DNA of 56,495 nt from an uncultured Actinomycetota bacterium (lineage in GTDB: Bacteria > Actinomycetota > Humimicrobiia > Humimicrobiales > Humimicrobiaceae): NCBI GenBank assembly GCA_964392345.1, contig CAYMPQ010000002.1, positions 1-56,495 on the forward strand, read 5' to 3'. Below, in pieces: positions 47,728-55,048 of the stretch. A program made the position numbers and the translations under genes. Below the pieces are notes generated by a model. It did no database searches. It was not told the DNA's origin and saw only the letters and a program-made list of their open reading frames with translations. Positions within the stretch are counted from its first letter, which is position 1; every line of letters starts with the position of its first letter.

Positions 47728-48855
47728 ATGGAACAAAATATTGAAAAAAAATTAAAGAAATATTCAGAATTAATTAAGTTAGGAGAACAAACTCTCAAAA
47801 AACATGGTTGGAACGAGGATGATGATAACATGTATAGGAGAGGAGGCCCTTCAAATGAAGATTATTCAGGATATCTTAATTCATGTATTTCATTAATTGA
47901 AGATACTTTAGGAAATGACAGCTCTTCTTATTTAATGATTAAAAAGTTAATAGACAACGAAAAGACATCAAGAAATCCATATTACTTTGCAGATTGTTTT
48001 GGAATTATAAAAACTGCCCTTGGGCTTTATAAGGAAAAAATTATGTCAGAAAATAAACTAGATATTCTATTAGATAAAATAGAAGAATTATACAATATAT
48101 CGAGTTGCTCTAATGATACTACAAAAATCGATACTGATTTTAAGTTATGGCATAGAGATCTCAAAAATATATTTGAAACTTATGAATTTGTTAACGATAC
48201 CTATGCAAAGTTATTTAATATTTTAGAATTTAAAGTAGTAGATGGAAATAAAAGATATGAGGGGCTTACTGAAAAAGAAAGTTTTGGCCAAGATATTGGT
48301 CTTTGTAGGGATATTTTAAAAATGATGGAACGAGATATAAATACTTATGGTGAGCGAGCTGTAAAAATAAAAGAACAAAAAAAAATAAAAAAAATAGGTA
48401 CAATTTCTGATAATAAGCAAGTTTTTATAGTTCATGGCCATAATATAGAAAAGAAAGAAACAACTGCAAGGATAATAGAAAAATTAGGTCTAGAACCAAT
48501 TATACTTCATGAGCAAGCTAATATGGGAAGGACAATTTTTAAAAAGTTATCCGAATATTCTGATGTTGTTGGTTTTGCGATTATATTATTAACTTCAGAT
48601 GACATTGGAAAAGAGAAAGATGAGTCAGATTTAAAACCAAGGGCAAGACAGAATGTTATTTTTGAATTAGGATATTTTTTAGCTAAATTAGGCGATAAAA
48701 ATGTTTGTGCACTTTACGAAAATGGAGTTGAAATACCAACAGATTATATAGGTGTAACATTTATCCAATTTGATTCTGCAGGAAAATGGAAATTTGAATT
48801 GGTAAGAGAATTAAAAGCTGCAGGATTTAATGTTAATGCTAATAATATTTTATAA
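47728..48855 (+). CDS. Two-domain protein: an unknown helical N-terminal domain (about 225 aa) plus a C-terminal Cap12/PycTIR-type TIR-like domain
   Basis: The C-terminus reads QVFIVHGHNIEKKETTARIIEKLGLEPIILHEQANMGRTIFKKLSEYSDVVGFAIILLTSDDIG...LKPRARQNVIFELGYFLAKLGDKNVCALYENGVEIPTDYIGV. This matches, block for block, the 'nucleotide-binding protein containing TIR-like domain' family (Pfam PF10137), including the FELG glutamate. Confidence 0.8.
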   Translation: MEQNIEKKLKKYSELIKLGEQTLKKHGWNEDDDNMYRRGGPSNEDYSGYLNSCISLIEDTLGNDSSSYLMIKKLIDNEKTSRNPYYFADCFGIIKTALGLYKEKIMSENKLDILLDKIEELYNISSCSNDTTKIDTDFKLWHRDLKNIFETYEFVNDTYAKLFNILEFKVVDGNKRYEGLTEKESFGQDIGLCRDILKMMERDINTYGERAVKIKEQKKIKKIGTISDNKQVFIVHGHNIEKKETTARIIEKLGLEPIILHEQANMGRTIFKKLSEYSDVVGFAIILLTSDDIGKEKDESDLKPRARQNVIFELGYFLAKLGDKNVCALYENGVEIPTDYIGVTFIQFDSAGKWKFELVRELKAAGFNVNANNIL

Positions 48856-48872
48856 TTTTATACTCTTCTAAA

Positions 48873-48936
48873 AAAATCTTTTTCAAATTGATAATATCTC
48901 TTAAAAATTGGTTCGAAATTTCAATATTTGGGGCAG
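48873..48936 (+). repeat. Island repeat Rc (pairs with Rd)
   Basis: AAATCTTTTTCAAATTGATAATATCTCTTAAAAATTGGTTCGAAATTTCAATATTTGGGGCAGC. The 19-nt core AAATTGGTTCGAAATTTCA (48904-48922) is identical to 50271-50289. Confidence 0.85.
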
Positions 48937-48988
48937 CTATTAATGAAACAAGGTTAAGGTTGACATCCTAGTATAATTAAGTTGGTTG

Positions 48989-50068
48989 CTAATTAAGAAT
49001 TATCTTCTTTAATGTACACATAAAATATTTTTCCTCACTAAATAAAATTGCCAGAATTTGATTTGAAGTTAATTGTGATGATACTGATTTAAACAAAATA
49101 GTAATTGAAATATTGGATAATTTATCATTTATAGTTAAATGATTATACATATTAATTTTCTGCCAGTCATATAAAGAATCCAAAACATCAACATCAGAAA
49201 GGTTTTTATGCAACCAAAAATCTAGATAGAGATCTTGATTTTTACTAATTACATCTAAATTAATTATTATAAATGTAATTGCAGGAATACTACCTTTAAT
49301 AATTTTTGGAGGATTTTTATCTAATTCAATGAAATTAAAATTTTGATTTAATGGTGGAGGACCAATATCTTTTAAATTGTCAAAATTAAAATGAGTAACC
49401 AATGATAAAAATGGGAATATCTTATTATTCTCAATATCCTTGATATCATTTGTTTTAAGGTTTGAAATAAAATAATAACCTAATTTATCTTTTGAATGAA
49501 CTTCCCCATTTTTTGGATGATAACTTATATGAGGTGAATAAAACTTACCTTTTACCGAATCAAGTTTTATATTACTTATACCCTTAATAATTTCATTTGA
49601 TGTATAGTACTCGCTTGCTAAATATTCACCTTCAAAATTGATATATATTGAATCGTCATTTCCTCTTTGAATTGTTAATAATTTATGATATTTATTTTTT
49701 TTCTTTAAGACCATTGTTACTGGTGGGAATTTCTGATGTCCAATAAGAAAATATTTTGGTTCTTCAACATTAAACCTTATTAAAAATTCTCTATAATAAG
49801 ACAATGCACCAGAACTATCAAAATAATAAGTATCAAATTTATCTAATTCCAACATTGATTCTTTAGGGTTTTTAAAATTAAAGCTCTTAAAAGTAAGCTT
49901 ATTATTGGGAAAAGCTTGTTTAAAAATCTTTTCTTTTTTATAACTATAATTTCTAAACCATAAAATATTAATAAGGCTCTTATTATTAAATATTTCTAAT
50001 AATTGGTCTTTAATTTCTTTAACCAAAGGGATTTTAGCAACGATGTATAATTTTAACTGTGATTTCAT
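48989..50068 (-). CDS. Hypothetical protein, 359 aa, no recognisable motif
   Basis: A long ORF in DNA where stop codons are otherwise very frequent. No SD sequence is present. It is the only gene between repeats Rc and Rd. Confidence 0.5.
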   Translation of the reverse strand: MKSQLKLYIVAKIPLVKEIKDQLLEIFNNKSLINILWFRNYSYKKEKIFKQAFPNNKLTFKSFNFKNPKESMLELDKFDTYYFDSSGALSYYREFLIRFNVEEPKYFLIGHQKFPPVTMVLKKKNKYHKLLTIQRGNDDSIYINFEGEYLASEYYTSNEIIKGISNIKLDSVKGKFYSPHISYHPKNGEVHSKDKLGYYFISNLKTNDIKDIENNKIFPFLSLVTHFNFDNLKDIGPPPLNQNFNFIELDKNPPKIIKGSIPAITFIIINLDVISKNQDLYLDFWLHKNLSDVDVLDSLYDWQKINMYNHLTINDKLSNISITILFKSVSSQLTSNQILAILFSEEKYFMCTLKKIILN

Positions 50069-50241
50069 ATTTTTAATTTAAATTTGTAGTTTAATCTGTA
50101 GTATATTTTAGAGCATTTTACAATTATTTGGCACAAACATTATATTTGTGGACCATATAGCAAATCATTAGTAATATTCTATTTATAATCTACTCACTAT
50201 TTCAAGTCAAAATAAATTCTTTATAATATTAGATAAAGAAT

Positions 50242-50304
50242 AAATCTTTCAAACCAATTAATTCCTTTATAAATTGGTTCGAAATTTCACATCTTGGGGG
50301 AACC
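50242..50304 (+). repeat. Island repeat Rd (pairs with Rc)
   Basis: AAATCTTTCAAACCAATTAATTCCTTTATAAATTGGTTCGAAATTTCACATCTTGGGGGAACCA, ending in a tRNA-like GGGGGA-A-CCA. Confidence 0.85.
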
Positions 50305-50748
50305 AATATGTATAGTTTTTCTCTCTAAAAAGGGTTTGATAAGTACTTTCTTTAATGTAAATGATTAAACCTTTATTAGAAAAACTTACCTGTAGTATTC
50401 GTAAACTGTTTGATATATTAATATTATTCATTTTACTTCGAATAATTAACTGAACTTTTTATATTATTAATTAATATACCTTTGCAGCCAAAAACACTGA
50501 GGAGGTTCAATCAATAAATTCAGGAACTGGGAAAGGATGATATTGTAGAGATATACAAATTAGCCAAATAATGATATTAGTTATAAGATAACAAAGTATT
50601 AGTATTAATACAGGAAATAATTATAAACATTTAATATTCATATTTATTATTGTATAGAGCAGGATCTCCTCTCTATGCAATAATAATTTATGCAATACAA
50701 ATTACCTTTTTTATAAAAATATAAGTATTAAATATTTGGAGGTAAATA

Positions 50749-51294
50749 ATGGAAAGAAGAAAAATATTGATCTGGGAGATGCTTGGAATACTATTTACAT
50801 TTATGGTTGGAGCACTTCTTCACTTTACATTTGAGCTTTCTGGGTTCTGGAAACCGATGGCTTTAATAAGTGGGGTAAATGAAAGTGTATGGGAGCATCT
50901 TAAAATAGGTTTCTGGCCAGCTTTTGTGTGGGCCACAATAGAGTTCTTTATATTCGGAAAGAAAGTCAAGAATTTCTTCTTTGCAAAAGGCATTTCATAT
51001 CTGGTACTTCCTGTCACGATTGTCGCACTTTTTTATGGATATACCATAATATTTAATATCGAGAGTCTGGCTATAGATATAGTAATATTTTTTATTGCCA
51101 TAGCTGCCGCCCAGATAGTAAGCTACCGGCTTATGCTTATCAGGGAAAGAAAAATATCCATTAATGTCCTTGGAGCAGTAATAATAATTATAAATATAAT
51201 CCTTTTCAGTCTTCTCAGTTATTTTCCTCCAAAGTGCCCTATCTTTAAGGACCCAGTCACTGGAGGATATGGAATCGTGGAGCATCACCACTAG
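50749..51294 (+). CDS. Small polytopic membrane protein (DUF6512-like)
   Basis: 181 aa with about five TM helices and the motif NESVWEHLK after the first helix. A ggagg RBS is present. Confidence 0.5.
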   Translation: MERRKILIWEMLGILFTFMVGALLHFTFELSGFWKPMALISGVNESVWEHLKIGFWPAFVWATIEFFIFGKKVKNFFFAKGISYLVLPVTIVALFYGYTIIFNIESLAIDIVIFFIAIAAAQIVSYRLMLIRERKISINVLGAVIIIINIILFSLLSYFPPKCPIFKDPVTGGYGIVEHHH

Positions 51295-51716
51295 GAGGTA
51301 TCTTCTTGGTGGGTAAATAAATTTAAATAGTTATTTATTCTTCAGACTTTATCAGAATAACATAATTTCTAATCTAAAAGTTCTCCTAAATAAATAAAGA
51401 TTAGCATGGTGGGGTAGATAATAATTAAACCTATACAGCTAACTCTGGGATAAAAATTTCCTCATTTAGCAGTAAAATCTTGGTTTTAACATTGTCCACA
51501 GTGGCCAGCCACTGTGGACGAATAGGTCCAAGATTAGAAGAAACTCCATTATATAGTAGGTTTTCTGTTGGTTTTAACCCTAAATACTCCTTTTCTAAGG
51601 CAGGATAATCTTCAGTAAATTAATTAAGTTCTTTATAAGATAATAAGACCCCATTATTTCAATGAGGTCTTATTATTCGAAATCAATAATTAATAAAATC
51701 TATTATTTTAACGTTT

Positions 51717-51953
51717 TTACTCAGCAGCTCCTTTTTCGCAATAATACATTCCTTCTAAATCGTTCTCAGAAGCTACCGGACATTCTCCGCAAAGGCAACC
51801 TTTCTTTTCTAATTCACAGGTAGTCTTTCCCCTTGCACAGAATAATCCTTCCATCTTATCCTTCATGCATTTATTGTGAGTTGGACACTTCATACATATA
51901 CATTTCATTAGGTTTTCTTTAGTATCTGCAACTTTCATATATCCTCCTTTCAT
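51717..51953 (-). CDS. Cys-rich small protein (DUF2769-like)
   Basis: 78 aa with the pattern CICMKCPTHNKC...LFCARGKTTC...CLCGECPV...YYCEKG. Confidence 0.55.
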   Translation of the reverse strand: MKGGYMKVADTKENLMKCICMKCPTHNKCMKDKMEGLFCARGKTTCELEKKGCLCGECPVASENDLEGMYYCEKGAAE

Positions 51954-53047
51954 TGGCTAATTATTCTATAGATATTTCCACTTATTCCTTTATTTTTAAA
52001 ACCATCCTCTCCAAATAAGTCAGTAAAATATAGCCCATCCGGGCCAAAAGCAAGTCCTACAATAGAGGCAGGACCATCACCAGTATATTTTAAAAATTCT
52101 TCACATGACTTAACTTCATTATTTAAGTTAATATTTATTTTATAAATGATTTTACCCTTACCTTTAGCTCCAAACTTATAGGTTTCTCCAAACATAGCAA
52201 CAAAAATATAGTCCATATACTTTTTTGGAAACTGATCTCCCTGCATAAATGCTATACCGGTAGGAGCTAAAGTCTTTTCCCACCAGAATATTGAATTTTG
52301 TCTCATAGAATTTGGCCAGCCATAATTTTTACCCGGTTCTATCATTGCGATCCTATCATCATACATTGGACCATTATCAGAAATATAAAGTTTATTGTTA
52401 CTATTTCTCCAGTCTGCTCCAAAGGGATTTCTTAACCCTTTTGCGTATATAAGATTATTAGGAATAGGGTTATCCGCTGGAATAGATCCATCTAAATTCA
52501 TTCTGAGAATTTTTCCCCTTAAATCATTATCATCTTGCGCGACTTCTGGATTTATCATGCCATCACCAATGTTTACGTATAACTTATTATCAGGTCCTAT
52601 GGTTAAGGCTTGAATCTGGTGGGCAGCATTTATTGATGGAATGCCCTCTATTATGGTTTCCTTTTTTATAGGTTTTATTAGATTATTTGTTTTATATTTT
52701 TCAATTTTACTGAAAAGCTTATCTTTATCATTATAAATTAAGCTGACATAGACATCATTATTGTCTGGATTTACTACTATGCCTATCACTCCACTTTCTC
52801 CTGTTCCAGGAAAAGAAAAGTCTGGCCTATAATTCAATAAATCCTTTACAAAGGTTTCGTGTGAGCCATCATTTTTCACTACCTTAATCCCACTATACAA
52901 TTCAGTTACATATAATAATGGGTCATTTTTCTTAGATCCTCGTTTGGAAATAAAAGAAATATTAACTGGCAGATTAAGATTAGAAGAAAAAAGCTCAATC
53001 TTAAACTTCTTCTTATCAAGGATTTTCCAAGGGATTTTATCAGGCAT
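51950..53047 (-). CDS. PQQ-dependent sugar (glucose/sorbosone) dehydrogenase-like beta-propeller
   Basis: AKGLRNPFGADW...YISDNGPMYDDRIAMIEPGKNYGWPN matches the GSDH-family blocks. No signal peptide is visible. There is a 4-nt overlap with the downstream DUF2769-like gene. Confidence 0.6.
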   Translation of the reverse strand: MPDKIPWKILDKKKFKIELFSSNLNLPVNISFISKRGSKKNDPLLYVTELYSGIKVVKNDGSHETFVKDLLNYRPDFSFPGTGESGVIGIVVNPDNNDVYVSLIYNDKDKLFSKIEKYKTNNLIKPIKKETIIEGIPSINAAHQIQALTIGPDNKLYVNIGDGMINPEVAQDDNDLRGKILRMNLDGSIPADNPIPNNLIYAKGLRNPFGADWRNSNNKLYISDNGPMYDDRIAMIEPGKNYGWPNSMRQNSIFWWEKTLAPTGIAFMQGDQFPKKYMDYIFVAMFGETYKFGAKGKGKIIYKININLNNEVKSCEEFLKYTGDGPASIVGLAFGPDGLYFTDLFGEDGFKNKGISGNIYRIISQ

Positions 53048-53174
53048 AAATTGTCCCTTTTTATTTAAAATACTTGTTATTTAATATAACCTAAAAGTAT
53101 TTAAATTGCAAATTCATATAGGAAGACATTGCTTTAATATATTAATAATTTATAAAATTATTAAGGAGCATAAA

Positions 53175-53654
53175 ATGTTTAAAAATAATTTTTTTATAGC
53201 TTTCCCTTTTAAGGCAGCTGCAGTAATTATCTTATTATTGTTACTTTTTTGGCTGGCAGGATGTCAGAATACAGCTCCGGCAGAAGATGAAAAGGAAGAA
53301 GAAATTAAGGAACAGGTTACAGAGGAACCCTCACCAGAAACTGAAACCATTTCTGTTTCTGATATAAAAGTGGATGGTGAGATAAAAGAGGGCGAGTATC
53401 CCTTTAGCCTTGAAGATGGCAGAACAGGAATAAAACTGAGCTGGGCAAGCGATGATGATTACCTTTACCTTGGCATGGAAGCAAATACTTCAGGGTGGCT
53501 GGCAATAGGTTTTGATCCTGAATTTGCCATGAAAGGAGCCAATATCATATTTATGGCAATTGCGGATGGGGAGCCAAGATTGACTCAACATCATTTTTAT
53601 CGGCTCTTCAGGATCTTCACCAACAACGCGGGCATCCCGTTCCTAACAGCATAA
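53175..53654 (+). pseudogene. DOMON/EB_dh-like lipoprotein, apparently truncated
   Basis: An aaggag RBS precedes the ATG at 53175, and the signal peptide has an LAGC lipobox. The DOMON-like blocks are VDGEIKEGEYP...LSWASDDDYLYLGMEANTSGWLAIGFDPEFAMKGANIIF. After ...ADGEP (about 53575) the translation becomes non-homologous and stops. Confidence 0.4.
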
Positions 53655-53859
53655 GGCTTTCACTCTTAACCTATAGTTTGGCTCTTCCCCAAAAACGGGG
53701 GTATTGGTGGTGGTAACAAAGGCATGGAACCGCAATCTTGGATTTATAATGGAATTAATCCTATTTGGACAAGTGAATAATTATTTTTGACTAGGAGAAG
53801 GTTTGATTAAAGTAAAAGCAAATATAACCATGCGTTGTTATATGAAGTGCCGTACCCAA

Positions 53860-54567
53860 TTATTCTTTAATAGACCATCTCATATCACATACTTTATCAC
53901 CATCAGATAAAGTGTGTTTTCTTTCATATTTGCAACCTTCAACAATATGCTCAGCTGAAGTATAATCAAAAGTGCACCATGTTTTTTTGAATAATGTCAT
54001 TTCTTCATTTCCAAATTGTTTAAAAAAATCATAAACAGGACATGTATAAATATCCATACAATATATTTGATTATCTTTATAAAATTCTATCTTATAACCC
54101 GGTTTACTATATGGATACTTCATCGCCTGGTTAAGTCGTTTTTCAAGATAAGCCATTGGATCTTTTGTCGATAGCTTTAACAACTTCTTTCTTAGTGGGT
54201 CGATAATAGGAATTAATCCTTTACTATTCACAACTACTTGCCACATCATATCACCGACTAAATTCATAGCATAATTGCTATCTATACCCTCTTTTATTAA
54301 TGCCCTGTAAATGGCTAGATCTAATAGCCCACCATATTCATTTTGATAATTACCAATGTTATCAATATCCATAAAGTAAGGCATTATCTCTTTAATATTA
54401 AAATTTGCTTGAAATATTATCCGTTTTATTTCTTTGGGTGTAAAGCGACCATATTCCGGCATTCCATCTCTTCTGCATCTGGATATTAAAACTTGAATTA
54501 TAGTTTTTTTCTTCACCTTCCATGATATTTTTCTAATAATAATTTTTATAATTTTTTTAAACATCAA
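53860..54567 (-). CDS. L-2-amino-thiazoline-4-carboxylic acid hydrolase-family protein
   Basis: The C-terminal pattern CPVYDFFKQFG...LFKKTWCTFDY...ERKHTLSDGDKVCDMRW resembles the ATC-hydrolase family (CP...F...G...C..D...R..TL..G...CD.R). This is recognised from memory only. Confidence 0.45.
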   Translation of the reverse strand: MMFKKIIKIIIRKISWKVKKKTIIQVLISRCRRDGMPEYGRFTPKEIKRIIFQANFNIKEIMPYFMDIDNIGNYQNEYGGLLDLAIYRALIKEGIDSNYAMNLVGDMMWQVVVNSKGLIPIIDPLRKKLLKLSTKDPMAYLEKRLNQAMKYPYSKPGYKIEFYKDNQIYCMDIYTCPVYDFFKQFGNEEMTLFKKTWCTFDYTSAEHIVEGCKYERKHTLSDGDKVCDMRWSIKE

Positions 54568-54854
54568 TTACCTCTATAAATTTAATTTGGGCAAGACACT
54601 TCATATAGTTCGTTTCTATACGAATTGTTTTTGTAAATCCAATCTTTTATTGATATTTTACGTAGTTATATTGAACTCTAATTATTATTAAATTATCTTG
54701 ATTATAACATATTCCACTTCTTACTTTTAATAAAAGTAGTATTTAAAAGGTATTAGTAAAAATTAAATATATAACTGGCTATATTCTTGCCCATAATATG
54801 TCAGGAAGCCAATTCTAAGTTAGTTTTTACTGAGTTTATTTGTGAAGATATTCA

Positions 54855-54901
54855 ATAATATTATGGTAATATTTAGTTCTTAAATTGTTCAATATCTCCA
54901 G
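54855..54901 (+). repeat. Island repeat Re (pairs with Rb)
   Basis: ATAATATTATGGTAATATTTAGTTCTTAAATTGTTCAATATCTCCAG. Confidence 0.7.
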
Positions 54902-54984
54902 CCAGAAGATACAACAATTCATTATGCAAATATAAAATTAGTTTTAATTTTTTCTAATTCATCTTCTAAATTTGTGAATTCATT

Positions 54985-55023
54985 AAAATAAAAAGTTCGA
55001 AATGTGTCAACTAAGGGGAGCCA
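54985..55023 (+). repeat. Island repeat Rf (pairs with Ra); contains a copy of the last 9 nt of tRNA-Asn
   Basis: AAAATAAAAAGTTCGAAATGTGTCAACTAAGGGGAGCCA. The GGGGAGCCA at 55015-55023 equals tRNA-Asn 46016-46024, in the same orientation. Confidence 0.75.
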
Positions 55024-55048
55024 GCGAATTTTGATTCTTCGTCAAAAA

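Noticed and set aside
48989-50068. Possible PD-(D/E)xK nuclease motif (FD...EEPK) in the 359-aa orphan protein
   Set aside because: The pattern is too short and degenerate, and no secondary-structure context is available by eye. It is left as hypothetical.
53610-53650. Minus-strand mini-ORF MLLGTGCPRCW resembling the N-terminus of small thioredoxin-like proteins
   Set aside because: It is only 11 codons before a stop, and no alternative frame continues the similarity. This is too short to support a call.
47408-55023. Island repeats considered as a CRISPR array or orphan CRISPR repeats
   Set aside because: The copies are degenerate, spaced 0.1-4.6 kb apart, and separated by full-length genes. 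No cas genes are present. The spacing and lack of regularity are incompatible with CRISPR.
47408-55023. Island repeats considered as integron attC sites
   Set aside because: No intI gene is present. There is no GTTRRRY / RYYYAAC core pair and no imperfect-palindrome attC architecture that I could fold. The cassette orientations are also mixed.
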